Shown here: piece after piece, positions 7,415-16,904 of the stretch
Layout: each line of letters opens with the position of its first letter
Position numbering within the stretch: position 1 is the first letter of the stretch
Assembly: GCA_041567475.1 (NCBI GenBank)
Contig: JBFGBS010000001.1
Span: 1-34,489, forward strand
DNA length: 34,489 nt
Source of the DNA: Arthrobacter sp.
Lineage (GTDB): Bacteria; Actinomycetota; Actinomycetes; Actinomycetales; Micrococcaceae
Direction: 5' to 3'
Position numbers and translations under genes: made by a program
Notes under the pieces: model-generated
What the model was told of the DNA's origin: nothing
Databases searched by the model: none
What the model saw: the letters and a program-made list of their open reading frames with translations, nothing else

Positions 7415-8712
7415 GCAGCGTCAACACGGCAATCCAGCTGATTACGCGTGAACAGGCCGAGCGGAAAGCCCCGGCCGCCGCCACCTGCAGCCCGGCGCTC
7501 GCCCGCGGCCCCTGGGACTTCGACGCCGCCGAGTCCAGCGCCGGTGTCCCGGCCTATGGGCCCGGTGCTTCCGCGGCCGACGTCGCCCCCGCATCGACGC
7601 CGCGCCAGGGCCAGTTGCCGGAAGAGTACAAACTGGCCAGCGACGCCGAACTGGACGCGCGGATCCGGGCCGCCAAGGCCGCCCTCGGCGACCGCGCCGT
7701 GGTCCTGGGCCACTTCTACCAGCGCGACGAAGTGATCGAATACGCCGACTTCGTGGGCGACTCGTTCCAGCTCGCCAACGCGGCCCTGACCCGGCCGGAC
7801 GCCGAGGCGATCATCTTCTGCGGTGTGCACTTCATGGCCGAAACCGCGGACATCCTGTCCCGGCCGGACCAGGCCGTCATCCTGCCCAACCTTGCCGCCG
7901 GCTGCTCCATGGCGGACATGGCGGACATCGATTCGGTCACCGAATGCTGGGACCAGCTGGCCGAGGTCCTCGGCACAGAGCCCGGCGCCGACGGCCGGGT
8001 CCCGGTCATCCCCGTCACCTACATGAACTCCTCGGCGGCGCTCAAGGGCTTCTGCGGCGACCACGGCGGAATCGTCTGCACGTCCTCCAACGCGGCGACC
8101 GTGCTGGAGTGGGCGTTCGAGCGCGGCCAGCGGGTGCTGTTCTTCCCGGACCAGCACCTGGGCCGCAACACCGCCAAGGCGATGGGTGTGCCGCTGGAGC
8201 AGATGCCGATGTGGAACCCCCGCAAGGACCTCGGCGGCAACGACGAACAGACGCTCCAGGACTCCCGCGTCATCCTGTGGCACGGTTTCTGCTCGGTGCA
8301 CAAGCGCTTCAACGTCGGCCAGATCGACAAGGCCCGCGCCGACTACCCCGGCGTCCAGGTCATTGTGCACCCGGAATGCCCCATGGAGGTCGTGGACGCC
8401 GCCGATGCGGCCGGTTCGACCGACTTCATCAAGAAGGCCATCGCCGCGGCCACGGAACCGGCCACGTTCGCGATCGGCACCGAGATCAACATGGTGAACC
8501 GGCTGGCAGCCGAATACCCGCAGCACACCATCTTCTGCCTCGACCCGGTCATCTGCCCCTGCTCCACGATGTACCGGATCCACCCCGGCTACCTGGCCTG
8601 GGTCCTCGAAGCGCTCGTCCGGGGCGAGGTGCTCAACCGGATCACGGTGGACGACGACGTCGCAGGTCCCGCCCGGGTGGCGCTGGAGCGCATGCTGGCG
8701 GCGCGGCCATGA
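7411..8712 (+). CDS. nadA: Quinolinate synthase A
   Basis: LGHFYQ, GDSFQL, FCGVHFMAET, AGCSMA, TYMNS, FCSVH, VHPEC, CPCSTM Fe-S motifs. Confidence 0.97.
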   Translation: MSSVNTAIQLITREQAERKAPAAATCSPALARGPWDFDAAESSAGVPAYGPGASAADVAPASTPRQGQLPEEYKLASDAELDARIRAAKAALGDRAVVLGHFYQRDEVIEYADFVGDSFQLANAALTRPDAEAIIFCGVHFMAETADILSRPDQAVILPNLAAGCSMADMADIDSVTECWDQLAEVLGTEPGADGRVPVIPVTYMNSSAALKGFCGDHGGIVCTSSNAATVLEWAFERGQRVLFFPDQHLGRNTAKAMGVPLEQMPMWNPRKDLGGNDEQTLQDSRVILWHGFCSVHKRFNVGQIDKARADYPGVQVIVHPECPMEVVDAADAAGSTDFIKKAIAAATEPATFAIGTEINMVNRLAAEYPQHTIFCLDPVICPCSTMYRIHPGYLAWVLEALVRGEVLNRITVDDDVAGPARVALERMLAARP

Positions 8713-10448
8713 CCAGGGCCGCCGCGGCACCGCCGCGCCTCGTTATCGTCGGCAGCGGAATCGCCGGTCTTTACGCGGCGCTGCTGGCCTCCGACGCCGT
8801 CGCCGGGCGCCCCGGCACCGGGACGCCGGCCGCCGAGGTCGTGCTCCTGACCAAGGGGACGCTGGAGCAGAGCAACACGTTCTACGCCCAGGGCGGCGTG
8901 TCGGCAGTGCTCACGCCGGCAGAGGCAGCCCCGGGGGACTCCGTGGCGGCGCACATCGCCGACACCCTGGCCGCCGGCGCCGGGCTGAACGACCCCGAAG
9001 CGGTCCGGATCCTGTGCACCGAAGCCGTCCGGGACATGGCGGGCCTGCGCCGCTACGGCGTGCACTTCGACACCGGACCCGGCGGCGGCCCGGCACTGGG
9101 CCTGGAGGCCGCCCATTCGGCGCCGCGCATCCTGCACGCGGGCGGCGACGCCACCGGCGCCTGCATCACCCGCGGCCTCGTCGCCGCCGTCCTGGACCGT
9201 GCCGTCCAGGGCCGGATCAGGGTCGAGACCAGCGCGTTCGTGACCGAGCTGCTGACCGGCACCCCGGCGGGCGGCGGCACCGCGGCGGGCCCCGCAGAGC
9301 CCCGGATCACCGGCGTCGCCTATCTCTCCAACGGAACACCACAGCGGCTCGCGGCGGACGCGGTCCTGCTGGCCACCGGCGGCGCCGGCCGCCTGTTTGC
9401 CCGGACCAGCAACCCCGCAGTAGCCACCGCCGACGGCGTCGCGCTGGCCTACCGGGCCGGTGCGAGGGTGCAGGACCTTGAGTTCTTTCAGTTCCACCCG
9501 ACCACCCTCGCGGTGGCCGAAGTGCCGGGCGGACCGCCTGCGCTGCTGATCTCCGAAGCGGTGCGCGGCGAGGGAGCCGTCCTGCTCGACTCCGCCGGCT
9601 TCCGGTTCATGCCCGGCTACCACCCCGAGGCGGAACTGGCCCCGCGGGACGTCGTCTCACGCAGTATCGCCCTGCACCTGGCGGCCACGGGCGCGCCCGC
9701 GGACAGCCCGGTGTACCTGGACGCGCGCGGTATTGAGGCGGCCCGGGGAACCGGCTACCTGGCCCGGCGCTTCCCCACGATCACGGCAGCGACGCTGGCC
9801 GCCGGGTACGACTGGACCCGCCAGCCGGTTCCGGTGTCACCGGCCGCGCACTACTGGATGGGCGGTGTCGCCACCGACCTCTGGGCGCGCACGAGTATCC
9901 CCGGCCTGTACGCCGCCGGGGAGGTCGCCCGCACGGGCGCCCAGGGGGCCAACCGGCTCGCCAGCAACTCGCTGCTCGAAGGTCTCGTCTTCGGCCGCCG
10001 CGCCGTGACGGCCTTCCTGCGCGATTGCGGACCGGCCGCGCCGGGACCGGCCACCGGATTCCACGCACCGGCGGACCCTCCGGACCGCCACCGGGGAGCC
10101 AGCGGAGCCGGGCCCGGGGAGCCGGCGGCGCCGGCCGGCATCCCGTTCAGCCGTGCCGCCCTGGGACGCCTGATGACCGGTGCCGCCGGCGTGCTGCGCA
10201 GCGGCGCCGAACTGGAACAGGCCAGGCGTCAGTTGGCGCGCTGGGCCGCCGCGATCGCCACCGCGGACGCTAACGGCGGAGCCCTGCGCCAGGGCGATTA
10301 CGAGGACCGCAACCTGCTGTTGGCCGCCCGACTGCTGGTCGCGGCCGCCCTGCAGCGCACCGGTTCCGCCGGCGCCCACTACCGGGACGATGCGGCCCCG
10401 ACCACGGGCCGGCACGCGGCCGGCACCCGACCCATGCAAAGGACCTAG
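8709..10448 (+). CDS. nadB: L-aspartate oxidase
   Basis: IVGSGIAGL FAD motif, YAQGG, EAAHS..RILH, QFHPT, ISEAVRGEG, ELAPRDVV, AHYWMGG, GANRLASNSLLE; ATGA overlap with nadA stop. Confidence 0.95.
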   Translation: MTRAAAAPPRLVIVGSGIAGLYAALLASDAVAGRPGTGTPAAEVVLLTKGTLEQSNTFYAQGGVSAVLTPAEAAPGDSVAAHIADTLAAGAGLNDPEAVRILCTEAVRDMAGLRRYGVHFDTGPGGGPALGLEAAHSAPRILHAGGDATGACITRGLVAAVLDRAVQGRIRVETSAFVTELLTGTPAGGGTAAGPAEPRITGVAYLSNGTPQRLAADAVLLATGGAGRLFARTSNPAVATADGVALAYRAGARVQDLEFFQFHPTTLAVAEVPGGPPALLISEAVRGEGAVLLDSAGFRFMPGYHPEAELAPRDVVSRSIALHLAATGAPADSPVYLDARGIEAARGTGYLARRFPTITAATLAAGYDWTRQPVPVSPAAHYWMGGVATDLWARTSIPGLYAAGEVARTGAQGANRLASNSLLEGLVFGRRAVTAFLRDCGPAAPGPATGFHAPADPPDRHRGASGAGPGEPAAPAGIPFSRAALGRLMTGAAGVLRSGAELEQARRQLARWAAAIATADANGGALRQGDYEDRNLLLAARLLVAAALQRTGSAGAHYRDDAAPTTGRHAAGTRPMQRT

Positions 10449-10450
10449 CC

Positions 10451-11410
10451 ATGACTGCCACCGCTGCCACCACCCTGGAAACAGGCGCCGCCGGCCCGCC
10501 CGCCGATGCCCTCGCCGGGACCCTGCCGGACTCCGCCGTCGACGCCGTTCTTCGAATGGCGCTCCGGGAGGACGCCCCGTACGGGGACATCACCTCCCAG
10601 TCCCTCATCCCCGCAGATGCCCGGGCCACGGCCGTCCTGAACGCGCGCGAACCCGGTATCTTCAGCGGCGGGCCGGTCTTCGCTGCGGCCATGAAGCTGA
10701 CGGACCCGGACGCCGTCGTTGAGGTCCTGGTCCGTGACGGTGAGGCGTTCGCTGCGGGGACGGCGCTGGCGAGGGTCACCGGCAACGCGCGGGCCGTGCT
10801 GCTCGCCGAACGCGTGGCCCTGAACCTGGTCCAGCGGATGAGTGCCATCGCCACCAAGACCTCCGGCTTCGTCGCGCTGGTGGCGGGCACCAAGGCGCGG
10901 ATCACCGACACCCGGAAGACGACGCCGGGGCTCCGGATCCTCGAACGCTACGCGGTCCGCTGCGGCGGCGGCGCCAACCACCGCTTCAGCCTCTCCGACG
11001 CCGTCCTCGCCAAGGACAACCACCTGGCCGTACTCAGCGGCGGGGATCCGGACAAGCTCACGGCGGTCCTGCGCCAGGCCCGGACACAGCTGGGCCACAC
11101 CACACACTTCGAAGTCGAGGTGGACAGCATGGCGCAGATTGAACCGGTGCTGGCCGCCGGGGTGGATACGATCATGCTCGATAACTTCACGCTGGCCGAT
11201 CTGGCCGCCGGGGTGGCGCTCGTGGCGGGCCGGGCCCGGACCGAAGCCAGCGGCAACGTCAATGCCGCCACGGTGGCGGACATCGCCGCCACCGGCGTGG
11301 ACGTCATCTCCATCGGCGCCCTTACCCACAGCGTCACCGCGCTGGACCTCGGGCTCGACATCGGCCTGGACATGGCGGCCCGGCCCGGTGCCGGGACGAC
11401 GGACGGCTGA
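10451..11410 (+). CDS. nadC: Nicotinate-nucleotide diphosphorylase (quinolinate phosphoribosyltransferase)
   Basis: ED..GDITS, ERVALN, DTRKTTPGLR, NHR..LSD..L.KDNH, EVEVD, IMLDNF, EASG, S.GALTHS. Confidence 0.97.
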   Translation: MTATAATTLETGAAGPPADALAGTLPDSAVDAVLRMALREDAPYGDITSQSLIPADARATAVLNAREPGIFSGGPVFAAAMKLTDPDAVVEVLVRDGEAFAAGTALARVTGNARAVLLAERVALNLVQRMSAIATKTSGFVALVAGTKARITDTRKTTPGLRILERYAVRCGGGANHRFSLSDAVLAKDNHLAVLSGGDPDKLTAVLRQARTQLGHTTHFEVEVDSMAQIEPVLAAGVDTIMLDNFTLADLAAGVALVAGRARTEASGNVNAATVADIAATGVDVISIGALTHSVTALDLGLDIGLDMAARPGAGTTDG

Positions 11411-11418
11411 GGCGCACC

Positions 11419-12579
11419 GTGATCTTCCTGGACGCCGCAGCCACCACGCCGGTCCGCCGCGAAGTGCTGGAGGCCATGTGGCCCTACCTCAGCGGCGACT
11501 TCGGCAACCCCTCGAGCCACCATTCGCTGGGCGAGGCGGCCGCAGCCGCCCTCGCCGGGGCCAGGACGGCCACCGCGAAGGCCCTCGGCGCCCGCGCGGG
11601 CGAAATCATCTTCACCTCCGGGGGCACGGAAGCGGACAACCTCGCCGTCAAGGGCATCGCCCTGGCCCGGCGTGCGGCGGAGCCCCGGCTGGACCGGGTG
11701 GTGATCAGCGCCGTCGAGCATCCCGCCGTGGAGGAGTCCGCAGACTACCTGGCACGGATCCACGGTTTCACCGTGGACGTCGTGCCCGTGGACGCGTTCG
11801 GGCAGGTCACGGTGGACGCGCTCGCCGCCGTGCTGCGGCCGGAGACGGCCCTCGTCAGCATCATGTACGCGAACAACGAAGTCGGCACCGTGCAGCCCGT
11901 CGCGGCGCTTGCCGGGCTCTGCCGGGCCCACGGGATTCCGTTCCACACCGACGCGGTCCAGGCCGCGGGCTGGCTGCCACTGGATACGGCCGCGCTGGGC
12001 GTGGACGCACTGAGCATGTCCGGGCACAAACTGGGCGCGCCCAAAGGCAACGGCGCGTTGTTCCTGCGCGGCCGGACCCGGCTGGAGCCGCTGATCCACG
12101 GCGGCGGCCAGGAACGCGGCCGCCGCTCAGGTACGGAAAACGTCGCCGGCGCCGTCGCGCTCGCGACCGCGCTGACGCTCGCCGGAACATCCGGGCGGGA
12201 ACAGGCGGAACGGATCGCGGCCCTGCGTGACGGCTTCATCGCCGCCGTCCTGGCCGGGGTGCCCGGTGCCATCCTCACCGGCCACCCCACCGAGCGGCTT
12301 CCGTCCGTGGCGTCCTTCTGCTTCCCGGGCACCAGCGGCGAATCCGTGCTTCTTGAGCTGGAACGCCGCGGGGTGATCTGTTCCAGCGGCTCGGCCTGCG
12401 CGGCGGGCTCGGATGCGCCGTCCCCGGTGCTGCTGGCACTGGGCATCAGTCCCGAGGTTGCGCAGACCGCCGTGCGGTTCAGTTTCGACTCGGGCATTAC
12501 GGAAGCGGAACTCCAGGAGGCTGCGGACGCGGTCCGCGCCGCCGTCGGCAGCGTCCAGTCGCTGGCGCACCGGGGGTGA
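11419..12579 (+). CDS. Cysteine desulfurase (IscS/NifS-like, probably serving the NadA Fe-S cluster)
   Basis: FLDAAATT, FGNPSS, FTSGGTEADN, HTDAVQ, SGHK (PLP Lys), RSGTEN, SSGSAC (catalytic Cys). Confidence 0.95.
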   Translation: MIFLDAAATTPVRREVLEAMWPYLSGDFGNPSSHHSLGEAAAAALAGARTATAKALGARAGEIIFTSGGTEADNLAVKGIALARRAAEPRLDRVVISAVEHPAVEESADYLARIHGFTVDVVPVDAFGQVTVDALAAVLRPETALVSIMYANNEVGTVQPVAALAGLCRAHGIPFHTDAVQAAGWLPLDTAALGVDALSMSGHKLGAPKGNGALFLRGRTRLEPLIHGGGQERGRRSGTENVAGAVALATALTLAGTSGREQAERIAALRDGFIAAVLAGVPGAILTGHPTERLPSVASFCFPGTSGESVLLELERRGVICSSGSACAAGSDAPSPVLLALGISPEVAQTAVRFSFDSGITEAELQEAADAVRAAVGSVQSLAHRG

Positions 12580-12617
12580 CGGGGGCGCCGCGGCCCGTCG
12601 TGGTGCATGATGATGCA

Positions 12618-12794
12618 ATGAAAAGAATCCTGCTCATCGTCCTGTGCTTCTTCCTTCCCCCGGTGGCCGTGTGGCTGCACCAGGGGCTCAACAAGAAGGT
12701 CCTCTGGGCATTCCTGTGGCAGCTGCTCGGTCACGTGCCGGGGGTGATCTATAGCCTGCTCGTGGTGTTGAAGGCCAAACCCGTCACCTCCTGA
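12618..12794 (+). CDS. YqaE/Pmp3-family small membrane proteolipid (58 aa)
   Basis: MKRILLIVLCFFLPPVAVW...LLGHVPGVIYSL matches the LPP.AV / G..PG.IYA pattern of the family. Confidence 0.85.
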   Translation: MKRILLIVLCFFLPPVAVWLHQGLNKKVLWAFLWQLLGHVPGVIYSLLVVLKAKPVTS

Positions 12795-12819
12795 AGCCCC
12801 GCTGCGCGCGGTGCCGCTT

Positions 12820-13380
12820 TTAGCGGTGCCGGGCGCGGCGGAAAATCCAGTGCCGCAGAAGCGTGAAACGCACCGCGGTGGCAACAAAACCCGCGAGTGT
12901 GGTGGTCCAGAGTTCTTCGGCCACCGTGGCCCCGGGCCGGAGCCAGTGCAGGACGGCGAGGCTGCCGCCGGTCAGCAGGAGCGCCACGAGAATCACGAGC
13001 AGCCCGCTGAGGTGATCCCGCTTCATCCGGCGCCGTTCGGTGATCTTGAACGTCAGGCGCCGGTTCAGCGCGGTGTTCAGCACCGAGGTGAGGATCAAGG
13101 CGGCCGCGTTGGCCGGCTGCGGGCCGATCCAGGGCCGGAGCAGGGCGTACAGGGCCAGGGACGTCCCCGTGCATACGATGCCCACCCCGGTGAACCTGAT
13201 CAGTTGCCGGGTCAGCGGGTAGCGCAGGATTCCGCGATGCCGCCGGGTAGCAGCCGGAGAGGCAGCGCCGGCAGCCGCGGTCGGTGCCGGAGCAGCCGTT
13301 CCGGCGCGCAGCGGACCAGCCACGTCAGCTCCGGGAAGTGGCCGGCCGGGCAGAGTGTCCGGGACGGCGGGGGATTCCAT
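12820..13380 (-). CDS. GtrA-family membrane protein
   Basis: QLIRFTGVGIVCT...AN..AL......N..LNRRLTF...RF.LLR.WIF pattern, four hydrophobic segments. Confidence 0.88.
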   Translation of the reverse strand: MESPAVPDTLPGRPLPGADVAGPLRAGTAAPAPTAAAGAASPAATRRHRGILRYPLTRQLIRFTGVGIVCTGTSLALYALLRPWIGPQPANAAALILTSVLNTALNRRLTFKITERRRMKRDHLSGLLVILVALLLTGGSLAVLHWLRPGATVAEELWTTTLAGFVATAVRFTLLRHWIFRRARHR

Positions 13381-13451
13381 CGGTCAAGACTGTCACACGG
13401 TCCCGGGTTTCCCCGAAACGGCCCCGGCCCGATCCGGGTGCCGGGACCGGG

Positions 13452-13511
13452 CCTAGTGCAGCGCGCCTACTTCCAGTACAGCTCGCCCACCCCTAGTACA
13501 GCTCGCCCACC
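13452..13511. repeat. 20-bp tandem repeat x3 spanning the DUF1684 stop codon
   Basis: CCTAGTGCAGCGCGCCTACT / TCCAGTACAGCTCGCCCACC / CCTAGTACAGCTCGCCCACC. Confidence 0.85.
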
Positions 13512-14167
13512 GGAATCTCCACGGCCAGACGGTTGGACGGGCCGGCGAGGGGGCAGGCCCACGCCTCGTTGTAGGCGCAGGAGGGGTTGTAGGCAAAGTT
13601 GAAGTCCAGGACGTACTCGGCCTCCGGCCCGGAGCCGCGGACACCGTGGAAGGCGCCCTTGATGGTGTCCACGAGGTAGCGTCCGGCGCCGTAGGTCCCG
13701 CCCGGTTGCCCGGCGGTGGCGTCCCGGAACGGGACGAAGATGCCGCCGCCGTAGCCTTTGAGCTTCCAGACGGCCAACTGCCCCATTTCCGGAAGATCGA
13801 AGGTGCCCAGCCGGACAAACTGCACCGCGCCGTCGGTCCCTGTCTCCACGGTCATCTCCCGGCCGGCGCCCTCTTTCGTCAGCGGCACGTAGAAGCGGTA
13901 GATCGGATCGTAGTCGGCGGTCTTGAGCCCGTCGAAGCCTGACTTGGCTGCGGCGGTCAGCGCCGACGCCGGGTGGGTGCCGAACATACGGTCCCGTTCC
14001 TGACGCCAGTAGGCGTGCGCCTCCGCAGGGTTGTCCTCCGCAATCTTCCGCACCGAGGCGTAGAGCGCGAAGGTCCGCAGCCGCCAGTCCGCGACGTCCA
14101 GGGCGGATATCCCCGCCACATCATCCGGATCTCTGCCCTGCGTGCTGTCCAAAAACTGTTCCGCCAT
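13493..14167 (-). CDS. DUF1684-domain protein
   Basis: F.PFRD.T.G...TYGAGRYL...LDFNFAYNPSCAYN..W.CPL....N.L...I.VGE signature. Confidence 0.9.
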   Translation of the reverse strand: MAEQFLDSTQGRDPDDVAGISALDVADWRLRTFALYASVRKIAEDNPAEAHAYWRQERDRMFGTHPASALTAAAKSGFDGLKTADYDPIYRFYVPLTKEGAGREMTVETGTDGAVQFVRLGTFDLPEMGQLAVWKLKGYGGGIFVPFRDATAGQPGGTYGAGRYLVDTIKGAFHGVRGSGPEAEYVLDFNFAYNPSCAYNEAWACPLAGPSNRLAVEIPVGELY

Positions 14168-14336
14168 GTCCCCAGCGTAGCCGGGTTCTGCGGGGCACCG
14201 CGCAGGCCCCTTGCCGGGTGCTAATGTCTCTGGAGATCAACAACGAATCCCGACCGCCCGTAGACCTCCGGGCCAGGCTCCACACCTTGCCGCCGTCGGG
14301 GTCCCCGTCTGCCCTCATCCCACATTCCGGAGATTC

Positions 14337-15143
14337 ATGGAACGCACCGTCGCCGCCCGTTTGGCTTTCAAAACTACCGCTGACACCAAGATCGCCCTGG
14401 CGGTGGCGGTCGCCCGGAATGCCGGCTATGCCGCACTCGAGGAATCCCTCTCCGTCACGGCCGGCGGCGTCGACGTACCGCTGAGGGAACTGACCGATCA
14501 CCACGGCGGGCGCTTCCACTACATGGAGTTCACCGAGCCCGCCGAGGTCCTGGTCGAATATGCCGCCACGGTCACCGGCACCGCCGTCCCGGAAGAGCCG
14601 GAACTGATGGAGCTCATCCGCTACGTGCGGCCCAGCCGCTACGCCGAATCGGACCGGCTGCTCCCCACCGCCTATGCCGAATTCGGCGGTCTGCAGGGCT
14701 GGGAACTGCTGCTGGCCGTGCGCAACTGGGTGTACAGCGAACTGCGCTACGTCAGCGGTTCCTCGCGGGGGACCGACGGCGCCGTCGAGACGCTGCTGCA
14801 CCGCCGCGGCGTGTGCCGAGACTTCGCCCACCTTGCCATTGCGCTGCTGCGCTCCAAGAACATCCCGGCCCGGCTGGCCGCCGTCTACGCCCCCGGGCTC
14901 AGCCCGATGGACTTCCACGCCGTTGCCGAAGCCCACATCAACGGAGCCTGGCACGTCATCGATCCCACCGGTCTGGCGCCGCGGGAAACCATGCTGCGGA
15001 TCACGGCCGGCCGCGACTCCTCGGACACGGCCTTCCTTTCCACCGTCGGCGGCAGCCTCGTGCTGACCGAACTCAAGGTGATGGCCACCGTCGCCGGGGA
15101 CCTGCCGGCCGAAGACCCGGCAAGGCCCGTGGTCATCCGCTAG
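14337..15143 (+). CDS. Transglutaminase-like (cysteine protease fold) protein
   Basis: PSRY.ESD, GVCRDFAHL, DFHAVAE, W..IDPT (Cys-His-Asp triad) and GRD..D; ATG 14337 after SD GGAG. Confidence 0.9.
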   Translation: MERTVAARLAFKTTADTKIALAVAVARNAGYAALEESLSVTAGGVDVPLRELTDHHGGRFHYMEFTEPAEVLVEYAATVTGTAVPEEPELMELIRYVRPSRYAESDRLLPTAYAEFGGLQGWELLLAVRNWVYSELRYVSGSSRGTDGAVETLLHRRGVCRDFAHLAIALLRSKNIPARLAAVYAPGLSPMDFHAVAEAHINGAWHVIDPTGLAPRETMLRITAGRDSSDTAFLSTVGGSLVLTELKVMATVAGDLPAEDPARPVVIR

Positions 15144-15153
15144 CGGGACCGGG

Positions 15154-15651
15154 TCAGCGCGGCGCCACAGCGGCCCGCAGCTTCACGGTCAGCCTCAGCA
15201 ATTCCTGCTGCTCCGCGGCCGTGAGGGCCGGGACCAGCAGGTCAGCGATGTCACGGACGTGCTCCCGGCCGATCTGCTTCTGCAGGTCCCTGCCTTCCGC
15301 CGTGAGCCGGATGAGGATCCCGCGCTTATCCGCCGGAGCCGGCGCCCGCTCCAGCAGGCCGCGCTTTTCGAGCCGTTCCACAAGCCGGCTGAGGCTGGAT
15401 TGGCTCAGCAGCACATGGTCATTGAGCTCGTTCAGCCGCAGCCAGCCCGACGGGCACCGGGACAGCGTGAAGAGGACGTCGTATTCATTCGGGGCGAGCT
15501 GTTTGAAGGCCGGTGCTGCCTGCAGCCGGCGCATCACGGCGACCTGGGCCCGGAACAGGGACTCCCACGTTACAAGGGCCAGCCGGACGCCCGAGCCGGC
15601 CGTTTCGGCCTTGTCCGCCGCGGCAGGTCCCGGACCGGAACCGCGGGCCAT
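15154..15651 (-). CDS. MarR-family regulator
   Basis: EYDVLFTL...LSQSSLSRLVERLEKRGLL.R....DKRG...LT.EG; TGATG overlap with the upstream LLM gene. Confidence 0.92.
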   Translation of the reverse strand: MARGSGPGPAAADKAETAGSGVRLALVTWESLFRAQVAVMRRLQAAPAFKQLAPNEYDVLFTLSRCPSGWLRLNELNDHVLLSQSSLSRLVERLEKRGLLERAPAPADKRGILIRLTAEGRDLQKQIGREHVRDIADLLVPALTAAEQQELLRLTVKLRAAVAPR

Positions 15652-16778
15652 CAGGAGGCCTCCCGGCCGCCGGCCGGAGCCGGCGATGCTGCGCCGGCGT
15701 TTCCGGCCAGCGACGCTGCCACGCGCCCGGCATGGGTGGGCGGGGCGGGGATACCGGCCGGGGTCCGTGCCGCGTATTCCTGGCGCAGGACCGGCAGGAC
15801 CTCCTCGCCGAAAAGATCCAGTTGTTCGAGCACGGTCTTCAACGGCAGTCCTGCGTGGTCGATCAGGAACAGCTGGCGCTGGTAGTCGCCGAAGTATTCG
15901 CGGAAGGTCAGGGTCTTGTCGATGACTTCCTGCGGGCTGCCGACGGTCAGCGGGGTCTGTGCGGTGAAATCCTCCAGCGAGGGGCCGTGGCCGTAGACCG
16001 GGGCGTTGTCGAAGTACGGCCGGAACTCCTTGACCGCGTCCTGGGAGTTCTTCCGCATGAAGAACTGTCCGCCGAGCCCCACGATGGCCTGCGCGGCGGT
16101 GCCGTGGCCGTAGTGCTCGTAGCGTTCGCGGTAGAGCCCGATCAGCTGCTGGTAGTGCTCCTTGGGCCAGAAGATGTTGTTCGCGAAGAATCCGTCGCCG
16201 TAGTAGGCGGCCACCTCCGCGATCTGCGGCGTGCGGATGGAGCCGTGCCAGACGAAGGGGGCGACGCCGTCGAGCGGGCGCGGGGTGGAGGTGAAGTTCT
16301 GCAGCGGGGTCCGGTGCTTGCCTGACCAGTTGACGGTGTCCTCGTCCCAGAGCCGGCGGAGCAGGCTGTAGTTCTCGACGGCGAGTTCGATTCCGTCCTG
16401 GATGTTCTTGCCGAACCAGGGATAGACCGGGGCGGTGTTGCCGCGGCCCAGGACCAGGTCCACCCGCCCGTCCGCGAGGTGCTGGAGCATGGCGAAGTCC
16501 TCGGCGATCTTCACCGGGTCATTGGTGGTGATCAGCGTGGTGGCCGTGGACAGGATGATGCGCTCGGTCTGGGCCGCAATGTACGCGAGTGTGGTGGTGG
16601 GGGAGGAGGAGAAGAACGGCCGGTTGTGGTGCTCGCCGAGGGCGAAGACGTCCATGCCGATATCTTCGACCTTTTTGGCGATCGCCACGGACGCCTTGAT
16701 GCGTTCGTGCTCGGACGGGGTACGTCCCGTCGTGGGGTCGGTGGTGATGTCGCTGACGCTGAAGACGCCGATCTGCAT
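15651..16778 (-). CDS. LLM-class (luciferase-like) flavin-dependent oxidoreductase
   Basis: MQIGVFSVSD, GEHHN.PF..SSP, DPVKIAEDFAML, GRGN, TPRP, VGSPQEV motifs. Confidence 0.92.
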   Translation of the reverse strand: MQIGVFSVSDITTDPTTGRTPSEHERIKASVAIAKKVEDIGMDVFALGEHHNRPFFSSSPTTTLAYIAAQTERIILSTATTLITTNDPVKIAEDFAMLQHLADGRVDLVLGRGNTAPVYPWFGKNIQDGIELAVENYSLLRRLWDEDTVNWSGKHRTPLQNFTSTPRPLDGVAPFVWHGSIRTPQIAEVAAYYGDGFFANNIFWPKEHYQQLIGLYRERYEHYGHGTAAQAIVGLGGQFFMRKNSQDAVKEFRPYFDNAPVYGHGPSLEDFTAQTPLTVGSPQEVIDKTLTFREYFGDYQRQLFLIDHAGLPLKTVLEQLDLFGEEVLPVLRQEYAARTPAGIPAPPTHAGRVAASLAGNAGAASPAPAGGREAS

Positions 16779-16833
16779 GATGTCCCTTTCTGCGGCCGGA
16801 CTCAGCCGGGCGCCGGTTACACTCTAACCGATG

Positions 16834-16851
16834 TACATGCATTTGCATGTA
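16834..16851. promoter_or_regulatory. Candidate MarR operator of the LLM-marR operon
   Basis: Perfect inverted repeat TACATGCA-TT-TGCATGTA just downstream of the predicted promoter. Confidence 0.65.
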
Positions 16852-16862
16852 TCGATGGGTGT

Positions 16863-16888
16863 AACGCCTTCGGGGGCAGGGTATTCCC
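16863..16888 (-). promoter_or_regulatory. ECF sigma (SigH/SigE/SigR-type) promoter candidate
   Basis: Minus strand GGGAAT-N17-GTT upstream of the LLM gene. Confidence 0.55.
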
Positions 16889-16904
16889 GGCGGGTCTGGC
16901 CGGG

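Noticed and set aside
7944-8708. Long N-terminal extension of NadB (834-aa ORF)
   Set aside because: Off-frame overlap with nadA; the real start is the ATGA overlap at 8709, just before the FAD motif.
14224-14336. Possible Cys-containing actinobacterial leader peptide (LRARLH...LAAVGVPVC) before the transglutaminase-like gene
   Set aside because: The two halves are in different frames, the ATG overlaps the putative -10, and neither frame gives a short terminated peptide.
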